The notes below the pieces were generated by a model. That model worked only from the letters and a program-made list of their open reading frames with translations. It did no database searches and had not been told where the DNA came from. Below, piece by piece: positions 47,424-57,153 of a DNA stretch of 64,000 bases. Numbering within the stretch: the stretch's first letter is position 1; each line of letters begins with the position of its first letter. A program made the translations under genes and the position numbers. This stretch comes from Anaerolineae bacterium (GTDB lineage Bacteria > Desulfobacterota > Desulfobacteria > Desulfobacterales > ETH-SRB1): NCBI GenBank assembly GCA_035529315.1, contig DATKWZ010000015.1:22955-86954 (forward strand), given 5' to 3'.

Positions 47424-48800
47424 TTGAAAAAAAACGATGAAAACATATTGATGCGTATTGCGGTTATTGATGATGAGCCTCTGGTTTTGCAAAATTTGCA
47501 GAGAAAAATTGGTAAAAGTGGCTACCAGGTTGAAACCTTTATAAACCCCATCAAAGCAATCAAAAGAATGGAAAACCAGCCTTTTGACATTGTTCTAACC
47601 GATTTTCGCATGCCTGAAATGGATGGTATGCAGATTTTAGAGAAGATCAAGGAAAATTATCCCAAAACCGAAGTTATAATTATTACAGGCTATGCATCAA
47701 TAGAAAAGGCGGTTGAAGCAGTTAAAAGAGGTGCTTTTTATTACCTTGAAAAACCTTTTACTCCTGAACAGGTTATGCTGATAATAAAGCGTGCTGCTGA
47801 TAAAGTGCTTCTGGTCCATGAAAACAAGCGTCTTAAAGAGGATCTTCTTAAAAAAGATAATGTGAGAAAAATTATTGGTGTCAGTTCTCCTGTACGTGAG
47901 TTGATTAAAATTATTCAAAAGGTTTCCAAGGTGAACTGTAATGTTCTTATTCAGGGCGAAAGCGGAACAGGCAAGGAGTTAACTGCAATGGCCATACATT
48001 TTGGCAGCCCCAGAAAGGATAAACCTTATATCAGCTTTAATTGCGGCAGTTTTACAGAGGAGTTGATAGCCAATGAACTTTTTGGCCATGAAAAGGGGGC
48101 TTTTACAGGCGCAGAAAGCATTAAGGTTGGTTTGCTTGAGGCAGCTCAGGGCGGAACTGTTTTTCTTGATGAAATAGGGGAAATGCCTCTTTCCATGCAG
48201 GTAAAGCTGCTCAGGGTAATTCAGGAGAAAAAGCTGCTTAGAGTAGGTGGATCTCATCCGGTTGACCTTGATATAAGGGTGATATCAGCCACAAATAAAG
48301 ATCTGGAAAACGAAATCAAGGCCGGACGGTTTAGAGAGGATCTTTATTTTCGTTTAAAGGTAGTCAAAATACGCGTTCCCTCACTCAGGGAAAGGAAAGA
48401 AGACATATCTCTGCTAATAGAGCATTTTATAGATAAATACAACAGGCTTTACAATAAAAGGATTAAAGGGTTCTCAAAACGAGCCAAAGAGGTCTTAATG
48501 AAATATTCTTTTCCAGGGAATGTCCGAGAACTTGAACACATGGTCTCAAGCGCCATTGCTCTGGGAGAAGGAGTCTGGATTGATGAAAACGAACTGCCTG
48601 AGGATCTTGACCACCTGGTAGTAGAGACAGTTGAAAACAGAGAGCTGCTTTCCCTTTATGAAGAAGAAAAAGCACATATAATCAGGGTGCTTGAGGCCAC
48701 TAATTATAATAAGGCAAGGGCTTCAAAAATTCTTGATATCCCAAGAACAACTTTGTGGAGAAAGACAAAAAAATACGGTATCATGGAAACTTTGGGATAA
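47424..48800 (+). CDS. Sigma54-dependent response regulator (NtrC family)
   Basis: REC; GESGTGKE, GAFTGA, FLDEIGE, FREDLYFRL, FPGNVREL; HTH RTTLWRK. Confidence 0.95.
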   Translation: MKKNDENILMRIAVIDDEPLVLQNLQRKIGKSGYQVETFINPIKAIKRMENQPFDIVLTDFRMPEMDGMQILEKIKENYPKTEVIIITGYASIEKAVEAVKRGAFYYLEKPFTPEQVMLIIKRAADKVLLVHENKRLKEDLLKKDNVRKIIGVSSPVRELIKIIQKVSKVNCNVLIQGESGTGKELTAMAIHFGSPRKDKPYISFNCGSFTEELIANELFGHEKGAFTGAESIKVGLLEAAQGGTVFLDEIGEMPLSMQVKLLRVIQEKKLLRVGGSHPVDLDIRVISATNKDLENEIKAGRFREDLYFRLKVVKIRVPSLRERKEDISLLIEHFIDKYNRLYNKRIKGFSKRAKEVLMKYSFPGNVRELEHMVSSAIALGEGVWIDENELPEDLDHLVVETVENRELLSLYEEEKAHIIRVLEATNYNKARASKILDIPRTTLWRKTKKYGIMETLG

Positions 48801-48807
48801 GGGCGTA

Positions 48808-48837
48808 AATTGCAGGGCCCGATATGGCCCTGCAATT
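48808..48837. terminator. Hairpin between convergent genes (likely bidirectional terminator)
   Basis: AATTGCAGGGCC-CGATAT-GGCCCTGCAATT, perfect 12-bp stem. Confidence 0.7.
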
Positions 48838-48857
48838 AAATATATATGTAAATTAAT

Positions 48858-49544
48858 TTAATGTTCCAGTCTCAGTCCCCATCCTTCAAACATGAATAAA
48901 ATGGAAAAACCATACCACAGCGTGTAAAACACATAGAAAACCAGAGAAAATATAACGATCCCCATTTTGTCGGTAATTTTTTGTGGTTCAATTGTATAGT
49001 AATTATAAGAAGTTTCAACAACCTTCTTTATAGCCAATGCAACGACCTTGGCTTCTTTAAACAGCTTCTGCTTTTTCAAGTTTTTATCTGCTGCCTTTAG
49101 AGCCGTCCACCAGTTATAAAGAGCCTGTCTCTCGTTGTAACCGTACTTGTCTGAGACTGTCGCTCCGTCATTATTATACATGCTGTCTGAATCTGTCAGA
49201 CAGGCCGCAAGTATATTGCCAAGATCGCCGGATACATTTAGCTGGGCTCCTGATACGTCTGCTCTTGCGCCAGCTTTTGTAAGCAGCAGAGCTGTCTGTT
49301 GCGCCTGCTTTTCATCCGCCATTTTAAGGGTCATGTTTACAGTATTTCCTATAAATGTGTCTGTTTCTTTTTTTACCTTAGGAATATAGTATGCGGAACC
49401 TTTGGAGATTGAGTTATACAGAGAATCCAGATATTGCATGCCGTTCTGTCCATTAAAGACAGGTGAAAATATTATAAACAAGACAACAAAAAACGCCACA
49501 AATAATGCAGCACCGCCGTAAAATTCTTTTTTATGAGCAATCAT
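48858..49544 (-). CDS. Conserved membrane protein, partner of TauE (N- and C-terminal TM, periplasmic middle)
   Basis: 2-bp gap after the TauE gene; LDSLYNSISKGSAYYIP, SYNYY.I and YTLWYGF..MFEG.G motifs. Confidence 0.75.
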   Translation of the reverse strand: MIAHKKEFYGGAALFVAFFVVLFIIFSPVFNGQNGMQYLDSLYNSISKGSAYYIPKVKKETDTFIGNTVNMTLKMADEKQAQQTALLLTKAGARADVSGAQLNVSGDLGNILAACLTDSDSMYNNDGATVSDKYGYNERQALYNWWTALKAADKNLKKQKLFKEAKVVALAIKKVVETSYNYYTIEPQKITDKMGIVIFSLVFYVFYTLWYGFSILFMFEGWGLRLEH

Positions 49545-49546
49545 GA

Positions 49547-50833
49547 TTACACCCCCTCTCCCTTAAGTTTTGGAATGTTGACCAGAAACGTTCCGATTAC
49601 CCAGACAGAAAACGCTCCTATTACAACGAAGAATGCCCAGACACCTATGCTTTCAAGTACGCTTGCGAGTCCTGGATTAATTTTGATAACATCCATTGCG
49701 TTAAGTTTTGCGGGCAGGGCAAAGACACGGTTAACGAAACCAGCCATGACAGCCATAGCATAAAAGCCTCTGATCGTGATTCCGGGAACGACCTTTGTTA
49801 CCAATGCACCTATCTGGATTCCCAGAAGGGAGCCAAGGAGCATGCCCATAGCGAGTGTATAAAAGATAAAGCCGTAAATAGCATACTGGCTTATTGATGC
49901 ATAACCTGCCGTGAAAACGATCTGGAAAATGTCGGTTCCAACGGTTGTCATGGATGAAACACCTAAGACATAGACAAATATGGGAAAGGTCAGAAAGCCG
50001 CCGCCAACGCCCATAATGCCTGCCGCAAGTCCGACAAGCGCGCCGCTGGCTACCAGGAATACCCATGAAATGCCTCTGCCTCCCTGTACAAGGTCAAAAT
50101 CAAATTTAACCAAAGGAGGTATTTTTACGGCCTGAAGTTTTTTAGGAAGGCCGCCCAGATCAGCACCTTCGCTTTTTCCGCCATGTGCGCCCTCATCTGC
50201 CGCACCAGGAGCCTTTCTGGCCTTGAGAAAGTCAACCATAGAATAAATACCCAGAAAACCAAGCATACCTGAATAGACAGTCGTGATAAATGCATCGCTG
50301 AGTACCGGGTTGATTTCGTAAAGTACGCGGTTAAGAATTCCGCCGGCCGTGGCTCCTATGATGGCACCTATAAGGAAGACCATGGCCAAAGGCACTGATA
50401 CGTTTCCTAACTTCCTGTGGATTACGCTTCCCATTATTGCCTTGGCAAAGATATGAAAGAGGTCGGTTCCAACTGCAAGGATACCTTTGATACCCGCGCT
50501 CATAAGGGCAGGCGCGATGATAAATCCACCGCCGGCTCCGATGCAGCCGGTAATCAGGCCCGCACCCATTCCAATAAGGATTGATACGACAAAGATACCT
50601 GTACTGTAAAAAGCCGGGCTGTAAGCCTTTTTGCCTCCAAGCAGTGCGGGAAGGGCTCCGCCGATTTGATCTGCAAAAGCAATACCACCCAGTATTGCAG
50701 GAATGGCAAGCAGGCCAAGAATAATAAGCCGCTTTTTGTCTCCAAGTATTGTATTGGAAACATCAAGCTCCCATTTTGCATGGGCCCTTGCGCCCATCAT
50801 CATAAAACTGCCCAATTGTTTAAAGAAATTCAT
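49547..50833 (-). CDS. TauE/SafE (DUF81, TSUP) family transporter
   Basis: GLITGCIGAGGGFIIAPAL, AVGTDLFH, GIMGVGGGF, VGTDIFQI. Confidence 0.88.
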   Translation of the reverse strand: MNFFKQLGSFMMMGARAHAKWELDVSNTILGDKKRLIILGLLAIPAILGGIAFADQIGGALPALLGGKKAYSPAFYSTGIFVVSILIGMGAGLITGCIGAGGGFIIAPALMSAGIKGILAVGTDLFHIFAKAIMGSVIHRKLGNVSVPLAMVFLIGAIIGATAGGILNRVLYEINPVLSDAFITTVYSGMLGFLGIYSMVDFLKARKAPGAADEGAHGGKSEGADLGGLPKKLQAVKIPPLVKFDFDLVQGGRGISWVFLVASGALVGLAAGIMGVGGGFLTFPIFVYVLGVSSMTTVGTDIFQIVFTAGYASISQYAIYGFIFYTLAMGMLLGSLLGIQIGALVTKVVPGITIRGFYAMAVMAGFVNRVFALPAKLNAMDVIKINPGLASVLESIGVWAFFVVIGAFSVWVIGTFLVNIPKLKGEGV

Positions 50834-50870
50834 AGCAATATTTCTCCTTTTCCACTGATTTTATAATTAT

Positions 50871-50905
50871 GTTCAATATTTGTTTGATTAAGACAAATAT
50901 TGAAC
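50871..50905. repeat. Perfect 13-bp inverted repeat in the leader of the TauE gene
   Basis: GTTCAATATTTGT-N9-ACAAATATTGAAC. Confidence 0.6.
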
Positions 50906-51014
50906 TTGTACATTTTGTTTAGAAATGAACCATCTGCAAGCTGTCTTATTGTATTTTATCCCCTCCCTTCCTTATTGTTTAAATTTGATAATGGTCATTA
51001 AAAAAATATGCCTA

Positions 51015-51284
51015 TTACTTTATTATAATTTTACGTCCATGTCTGACAATAATTTTTGCTGCCCTTTTTTTCAGGTCACCTTCTAATCCGATTACTTTAA
51101 GCGCATCTTCCAATTTTATCATGCCGAGTATTTTATCTTTGCTTGTCACGGCAATGCAGTCGAGGTCGTTTTTAAGCATGACTTCAATTGCATCTGTAAT
51201 CTTGTCCTCTACAGAAACAGATGGCCTTATGGAAAGATTTTCATCCATGAGGAGAGAAATATCCTTAACCTTTAGTTGTTCCAT
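51015..51284 (-). CDS. Small CBS-domain protein
   Basis: V..EDKITDAIEVML...DCIAV....KILGMI..EDAL. Confidence 0.72.
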   Translation of the reverse strand: MEQLKVKDISLLMDENLSIRPSVSVEDKITDAIEVMLKNDLDCIAVTSKDKILGMIKLEDALKVIGLEGDLKKRAAKIIVRHGRKIIIK

Positions 51285-51354
51285 TATATTCCTTGTTGAA
51301 AGGGTCTCCTTCTTTGGGCCTTAGAGGATGAACTGTTACAAACTATTATTAAGT

Positions 51355-51371
51355 AGCAATACAGGTGCCAA
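51355..51371 (-). promoter_or_regulatory. Sigma54 -24/-12 promoter of the CBS-TauE-partner operon
   Basis: Minus strand TTGGCACCTGTATTGCT, near-consensus GG-N10-GC. Confidence 0.8.
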
Positions 51372-51463
51372 AAAATCAGTCGGCGGGAATAAAATCTTAA
51401 TTACCTGTAATAATTATTAATTGCTTATTGATTTTATTAATTGTGTTTGGGTTTTAAACTTTC

Positions 51464-51564
51464 TGTAAACAATCAGGTTGCAGTAATCGGTGTGCAGGAA
51501 TGAAGATTATACAGATAGATTATGAAATACCAATAAGTTAGGATGGTGAAACAATCAGGTTACA
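51464..51564. promoter_or_regulatory. Two copies of a putative activator site, 82 bp apart
   Basis: TGTAAACAATCAGGTTGCA (51464) and GTGAAACAATCAGGTTACA (51546) share AAACAATCAGGTT. Confidence 0.6.
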
Positions 51565-51582
51565 TCAATAAAATTTGGAAGG

Positions 51583-52974
51583 TTACTTAAATATTTCAGC
51601 GTTAATATTCTCTTCTTTTATGAGTCTGTGGAGATATTGTCTTTGCAGGTCAGCCTGCTCGGCAGCCTTGGAAATATTACCCTTATTTTGTTGAAGGATC
51701 CAATAAATATATCTGTTATGAAAAGCCTTTATAACTATTTCCTTTGCGTCTTTAAATGGAAGTGTATAAATATTGTGATCAAAAACAGGCGAAGTATGCA
51801 CTACAGGTTCTTGTGGCAAGATATCTGAGATTTTAATAATATCGGATTGGCAGAGAAGTGCCCCGCGCTCAATACAGTTTCCCAGTTCCCTGATATTTCC
51901 AGGCCAGGTTTTAGACATTAGCGCCGACATTGCCTCGGGGGCAATAGTACTTATTTTATTATCGTTTAACGAATTGAATTTTTTGAGGAAATGATATGCT
52001 AAAGTTGGGATGTCTTCTTTTCTATCCCTTAAAGGGGGCATGTGTAGATTGATAACATTTAGCCTGTAGTAAAGATCTTCTCGAAATTGTTTTGCTTCTA
52101 TCAGCTTTTTAAGATCCTGATTGGTTGCAACTACAAAACGGATATCTGCTTGTTTTGTTGTTAGACCTCCAACCGGCTTGTATTCCCCTTCCTGCAGGAG
52201 CCGAAGCAATTTGGCCTGCATGGCCATGTTCAGATCTCCTATTTCGTCCAAGAAAAGAGTGCCCTGGTCCGCCTCTTCAACAATTCCCCTTTTATCTTTC
52301 CATGCGCCCGTAAAGGAGCCTTTGACGTGACCAAAAAGTTCGCTTTCTATTATTTGTTCAGGCATGGCTGTACAGTTGACCGTTATAAAGGGCTTGTCTT
52401 TACGGTTGCTGTGATAATGAATAGCTTTTGCTGCCAGTTCTTTTCCTGTGCCGCTTTCTCCGGTTATAAGAATCGTAGCTGTTGATTCGGCTACCTGAAC
52501 AATCGTTTTTGTAATTGACAAAAGAGAGGGGCTTGCGCCGATAATTGGAGGAAATTCTTTTATTTGCTTAAGAGAATTTCTCAGAGTTATATTTTCCTGG
52601 GCGAGCTTTTGCCATTCCATGGCCTTGTCAATTGTTATAAGTATCCGTTCTTTACGGAATGGCTTGGATATATAGTCAAAAGCGCCTTTTCTGGTTGCTT
52701 CTACAGCGGTTTCAATAGTGGCATATGCTGTCATAATTACCACAATAGCAGAGGGTTGAATATTTCTTGCCATATCAAGAATAGCTATCCCATCCATCTT
52801 TGGCATTTTCAAATCAGTTATTATGATATCAAATTGATGTTTTTTCAACAGTTCTATTACTTTCAAAGGATCATATTCTGTTTCAACAATATGGTTGGTT
52901 TTTTCTGTAAGTATTCTTTTTAAAAGGACAAGCATGTCTTTTTCATCGTCAACTATTAAAATTCTTCCATCCAT
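51583..52974 (-). CDS. Sigma54-dependent response regulator (NtrC family)
   Basis: REC; GESGTGKE, GSFTGA, FLDEIGD, WPGNIREL; HTH RQYLHRL. Confidence 0.95.
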   Translation of the reverse strand: MDGRILIVDDEKDMLVLLKRILTEKTNHIVETEYDPLKVIELLKKHQFDIIITDLKMPKMDGIAILDMARNIQPSAIVVIMTAYATIETAVEATRKGAFDYISKPFRKERILITIDKAMEWQKLAQENITLRNSLKQIKEFPPIIGASPSLLSITKTIVQVAESTATILITGESGTGKELAAKAIHYHSNRKDKPFITVNCTAMPEQIIESELFGHVKGSFTGAWKDKRGIVEEADQGTLFLDEIGDLNMAMQAKLLRLLQEGEYKPVGGLTTKQADIRFVVATNQDLKKLIEAKQFREDLYYRLNVINLHMPPLRDRKEDIPTLAYHFLKKFNSLNDNKISTIAPEAMSALMSKTWPGNIRELGNCIERGALLCQSDIIKISDILPQEPVVHTSPVFDHNIYTLPFKDAKEIVIKAFHNRYIYWILQQNKGNISKAAEQADLQRQYLHRLIKEENINAEIFK

Positions 52975-53350
52975 AATTAGTCCTGTTTAATCCTAAGTGT
53001 AATTTTAAAAGTGGTTCCTTTTGGGTTATAGATGTATTGCTTTCGCAGGAAATCGTCCCCTCATATTTCGCTGCGATGCCGTGACTTACAGAAAGACCTA
53101 AGCCTGTGCCTTCCCCTTTTCCAGACAATTGTCAGAGCAACTCTGGTGAGTTTAAGTCGGTTTTGGAGATTAATTTGGGTCAGATATTAATAGTTCATCA
53201 AAAACTCTTTCCAAACTTATTGATTATAATCGCAAATGGTTTTAATGCAAGAAAAAGATCGATTCAGGAGAAAAATCGTTTTTTGTGGTGAGATTGCCGG
53301 TTTTGCCTGTTGCAAGGTTATGCCGGGGTGTTGTATAGTAATTTTAGCAC

Positions 53351-54511
53351 TTGGATTCCAGCTTTTCGCCTGCAGACATGCAGGAAGATACGGAGATGCC
53401 ATTGTTTAAGACCATGATTGAAGAGGCGCGCCTTTCCCTGTTGATCGTAGACAGCAAAGGCCGTATAATTTTCGCCAACAAATGGTTGGAAAAGCGTATC
53501 GGGTATGCCCGGCGGGAATTTTTGAAAAACAATCTGCAAAAATTTTGCGCGACTTATGAACAAAAGCGATATATTTTCTCATGTTTGCCTGATATCGAAA
53601 GGACGACCGAGGTTGATATTGATCTTCAGCAAAAAAATGGTGAGATATTCACGGCAAATGTTTCTTTTGCCCCCTTTGATTACCGGAAGACGCGGCATTT
53701 TCTTATAATTGTCAGGGACGTAACTGCCAGGCGGATCCGGGAAGCAAAAGCAAGGGAAGATGAGGAGCTATGCCGCAGGCTGCTTATAGAGCGAAATATG
53801 TTGCAGAATCAGCTTCATCGATCCAGCAAGGTTGCCTTCATGGGAGAGCTGGCAGCCGGTATTGCCCACGAAATCAACAATCCCCTTGGCATTATCCTCG
53901 GGTTTGTCCAGGATATTTTAGATGAGATTCCTTTGAAAGATCCTTTGATTGAACCGATCAAAATTATCGAAAAAGAGACAGCCCGGTGTGTAGACGTGGT
54001 AAAAAACCTTTTGGACTTTGCCAGGTTAAAGCCCCCTGAGAGGATTCCTGTAGACATAGTTGAACTTCTTGAATCTTCAATTGTATTGCTGACCCCCAGA
54101 ATCAAGAAAAACAAGGTGAATATAAAAAAGGATTTTGAAACAAGACTCCCTCGTGTCAAGCTTGATCCACAGCTTATCCAGCAGGTTTTCCTTAATGTGA
54201 TGATTAATGCTATTCAAGCAATGCCTGATGCGGGTGTTCTCGCTTTTGGTATCGGTCTTGTACACAAAGAGCGGTTGTCGGGACCCGGCGATTGGATACA
54301 GGTCAGCATATCAGATACAGGTAACGGGATATCTGAAAAGGCTCTTGATCGTGTTTTTGATCCCTTTTTTACTACCAAGGGGAGCAAGGGGACAGGGTTG
54401 GGGCTCTCTGTTTGTCAGCGTATCATGGAAGACCACAAGGGAAAAATTAAAATAGAGAATCAAAAGGGAGCAGGAACTATATGCAGCCTTTATTTTCCGA
54501 TAAAAGATTGA
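53351..54511 (+). CDS. Cytoplasmic PAS sensor histidine kinase
   Basis: PAS (VRDVT), IAHEINNPL, NVMINA, DTGNGI, FDPFFTTK, GTGLGL; no TM helix. Confidence 0.92.
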   Translation: MDSSFSPADMQEDTEMPLFKTMIEEARLSLLIVDSKGRIIFANKWLEKRIGYARREFLKNNLQKFCATYEQKRYIFSCLPDIERTTEVDIDLQQKNGEIFTANVSFAPFDYRKTRHFLIIVRDVTARRIREAKAREDEELCRRLLIERNMLQNQLHRSSKVAFMGELAAGIAHEINNPLGIILGFVQDILDEIPLKDPLIEPIKIIEKETARCVDVVKNLLDFARLKPPERIPVDIVELLESSIVLLTPRIKKNKVNIKKDFETRLPRVKLDPQLIQQVFLNVMINAIQAMPDAGVLAFGIGLVHKERLSGPGDWIQVSISDTGNGISEKALDRVFDPFFTTKGSKGTGLGLSVCQRIMEDHKGKIKIENQKGAGTICSLYFPIKD

Positions 54512-54512
54512 G

Positions 54513-55892
54513 GTGGATACGGTGTTGGCGAAGATTTTAGTGGTGGATGATGAGCAGCACATGCTCAAGCTGTTTGAAAAAATTCTCACAAAACAGGGGC
54601 ATGAGGTGCGAACCGCGGCCAGTGGAACCGAGGCGATCAGTCTATTGGAAAAGAATGACTTTGATCTGATATTTTCTGATCTTTTGATGCCTGACCTTGG
54701 CGGCATGGATCTGTTAAAGGAGGTAAAAGCCGGATATTCGGACATTCCTTTTATTGTAATCACGGCTTACGGCACTATCGAATCTGCGGTTGAGGCTATG
54801 AAGACAGGTGCATTCGACTATCTGACCAAGCCTTTCCGCAAAGATGATATTCTTCTGGTAACAGGCAAGGCCTTAAAATATTGCGAACTTCGTAATGAGG
54901 TCAAACGACTCCGCGAGAAGCTGAAAGACAAAGATGGAGTTAAAAAGATTATCGGAAAGAGCAACGCCATGCAGGATGTGTTGAAACTCATTGCCAGGGT
55001 GGCAGACAGCCAGGCGACAGTCCTGATCCAGGGAGAAAGCGGTACCGGTAAGGAGTTGATCGCCCGGCTTATCCACAACCTGAGCAGCCGGAGAGACAAA
55101 CCTTTTATAGCTGTGGATTGCGGCGTTTTTCCTGAACATCTTTTGCAAAGCGAACTCTTCGGCCATGTCAAGGGATCATTTACCGGAGCGGTTAAAGATA
55201 AAAAAGGGTTGTTTATTGCGGCAGACAAGGGCACGCTTTTCTTAGATGAGATCGGGACAATCTCTCAGGCCATGCAGTTGAATCTGCTCCGGGTGCTTCA
55301 GGAAAAAGAGGTAAGACCGGTAGGCGGCATTGCCAGTATTGAAGGAGATGTGCGGGTGGTAGCAGCTACAAGCGTAGACCTTGAGCAAGCAATGCATGAG
55401 GGAGGTTTTCGAAAGGATCTTTACTACCGGCTGGCTGTGGTCACCGTGGATATGCCTCCCTTGAGAGAAAGAATGTCCGATATAACTGCGCTTGCATATC
55501 ACTTTATGCTAAAATATGCTGCTATTTATGACAAAAAACTTTCCGATATCACGCCGGATGCCATGCGCGCCATCATGGAAAATTCATGGCCTGGAAATGT
55601 CAGAGAGCTTGAGAACGTCATGGAGCGTGCGGTACTTCTAAGCGCTGGTCCTTTTATTGATGAAGCTGCGCTTTCATTGCCTGTCAGACAAACAATGCCC
55701 TGTAAAACCAAGCAGTTGGAACCGTTTAAAACCTCAATCAAAGCCGCTGGCCGGGATGCGGAAAGGAAAGCCATATTAAAGGCATTGGAAGAGACAAGCG
55801 GCAATAAGACAATGGCTGCCAGGATTCTTGGAATAAGTCGAAGTTCATTATATAATAAAATATGCGCTTTTGGCATTGAGAAATCATTATGA
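54513..55892 (+). CDS. Sigma54-dependent response regulator (NtrC family)
   Basis: REC; GESGTGKE, GSFTGA, FLDEIG, WPGNVREL; HTH RSSLYNK. Confidence 0.95.
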   Translation: MDTVLAKILVVDDEQHMLKLFEKILTKQGHEVRTAASGTEAISLLEKNDFDLIFSDLLMPDLGGMDLLKEVKAGYSDIPFIVITAYGTIESAVEAMKTGAFDYLTKPFRKDDILLVTGKALKYCELRNEVKRLREKLKDKDGVKKIIGKSNAMQDVLKLIARVADSQATVLIQGESGTGKELIARLIHNLSSRRDKPFIAVDCGVFPEHLLQSELFGHVKGSFTGAVKDKKGLFIAADKGTLFLDEIGTISQAMQLNLLRVLQEKEVRPVGGIASIEGDVRVVAATSVDLEQAMHEGGFRKDLYYRLAVVTVDMPPLRERMSDITALAYHFMLKYAAIYDKKLSDITPDAMRAIMENSWPGNVRELENVMERAVLLSAGPFIDEAALSLPVRQTMPCKTKQLEPFKTSIKAAGRDAERKAILKALEETSGNKTMAARILGISRSSLYNKICAFGIEKSL

Positions 55893-56452
55893 AACAATCA
55901 TTGCTTGTCCATGAATCTCCCTTAATCGTCCGTACGGTTACATCTTTTCTTGAAGGCGGCGGATATGAGGTTACATGCGTGGAAAACGGCAAGGCCGCCC
56001 TGCAAAACGTGACAGGGCTGAAATATGATATTCTTGTCACAGGCTTAAACATCCCGAAGATGAATGCCCTGGAATTGATAGAAAATGTCAGGCTTCGAAA
56101 TAATTGTGTTCCCATTGTAATTTTGTCCAATACAAAAAGTGTTGAGACAGCGGTTGAGGCAATGCGGATAGGAGCGGACGATTTTGTCGCTGAAAAAACA
56201 GCGAATCTTGGGAAAGAGCTTATTTTTGTTATTGAAAGAGCCATACAATCGAAAAGAGCTGAAAGACGCCTGCAGATATATGAATCTAATCTTCCGATAT
56301 GCATGCATTGCAAGAAAATACGTTATGAAAGGGAACACAATAAGTGTGCATGGGTTTCTATTGAAGAGTATCTCAACCAAAAAATGTCGGGAATAGATTT
56401 TTCTCATGGAATATGTCCTGAATGCATCAAAAGGTATTATCCTGATGCATAG
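55889..56452 (+). CDS. Degenerate (Asp-less) receiver with C-terminal CxxC...CxxC domain
   Basis: LLVHES and LVTGLNIP in place of DD and D; LPICMHCKKIR...FSHGICPEC. Confidence 0.8.
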   Translation: MKQSLLVHESPLIVRTVTSFLEGGGYEVTCVENGKAALQNVTGLKYDILVTGLNIPKMNALELIENVRLRNNCVPIVILSNTKSVETAVEAMRIGADDFVAEKTANLGKELIFVIERAIQSKRAERRLQIYESNLPICMHCKKIRYEREHNKCAWVSIEEYLNQKMSGIDFSHGICPECIKRYYPDA

Positions 56453-56525
56453 CCGTTCACGTTCCGTGAACGCTTACCCTGATTCGGAGTAAAATGTTTT
56501 GATGAACGAAAATATATATAGACAG

Positions 56526-56550
56526 TGTCCAACTAAATGGACAGTGTCCA
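56526..56550. promoter_or_regulatory. TGTCCA/TGGACA palindromic putative activator site
   Basis: TGTCCA-ACTAAA-TGGACA followed by a further TGTCCA half-site, ~120 bp upstream of a sigma54 motif. Confidence 0.55.
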
Positions 56551-56659
56551 TTATTCTAAACGAAAATACACTCTTCCTATATTAGTCCAGCGTGCCTCAC
56601 CATTGATAATTAATTGTTAATACAATATGTTATCGTTTTGAATCGTTAGCCCTCCTCTT

Positions 56660-56675
56660 TGGTACACTTTCTGCT
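56660..56675 (+). promoter_or_regulatory. Sigma54 -24/-12 promoter of the REC-membrane protein-SLC13 operon
   Basis: TGGTACACTTTCTGCT (GG-N10-GC). Confidence 0.7.
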
Positions 56676-56701
56676 TTACAATAAATAATGAGTTTAAAAG
56701 T

Positions 56702-56722
56702 TGATGGTTTCGTAAAAAAGTC
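56702..56722. repeat. Solo terminal repeat of the 4937-type MITE family
   Basis: TGATGGTTTCGTAAAAAAGTC; no matching right end found. Confidence 0.55.
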
Positions 56723-56781
56723 TGAAATGCCCTCTTTCTCTGCTGCGGGAGGACCAGGGTGGTGGTATATGGAAGAAGCTT

Positions 56782-57153
56782 ATGGCGTATAAGATTCTGG
56801 TCGTGGATGATGAGGAGAACATGCAGGTGCTCTTAAAACGGGTGCTGGGCAAAGCGGGTTATGATGTTGAGTGCGCAGGCTCAGGAGCGGCAGTGCTTCG
56901 ACTTGCCGCAGACAGGCCATTTGATCTGGCTATCGTCGATGTTTGCATGCCGGAGATGGACGGAATCGAGGTGCTGGCAAAGCTCAGGGCTATCAACAGG
57001 CAACTACCTGTGATTATGATATCAGCCTATCCTGCGTGGGGTAAAAAACAGACCGCAGAAAGCATGGGCTGCACGGGTTATTTGTCAAAGCCGGTGGACA
57101 TGAACTACTTAAAGGAGCTTATTAAAAAGAACTTGGGGGATAAAGGGGAGTAA
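56782..57153 (+). CDS. Stand-alone response regulator (REC)
   Basis: VVDDE, IVDVCMP, ISAY, LSKPV. Confidence 0.9.
   Translation: MAYKILVVDDEENMQVLLKRVLGKAGYDVECAGSGAAVLRLAADRPFDLAIVDVCMPEMDGIEVLAKLRAINRQLPVIMISAYPAWGKKQTAESMGCTGYLSKPVDMNYLKELIKKNLGDKGE

Noticed and set aside
53030-53110. GC-richer structured-looking patch in the divergent gap; c-di-GMP riboswitch considered
   Set aside because: No GEMM core (GGCAAAC...GAAA...GGACGCAAAGC) on either strand and only weak terminal complementarity; may be a decayed repeat.
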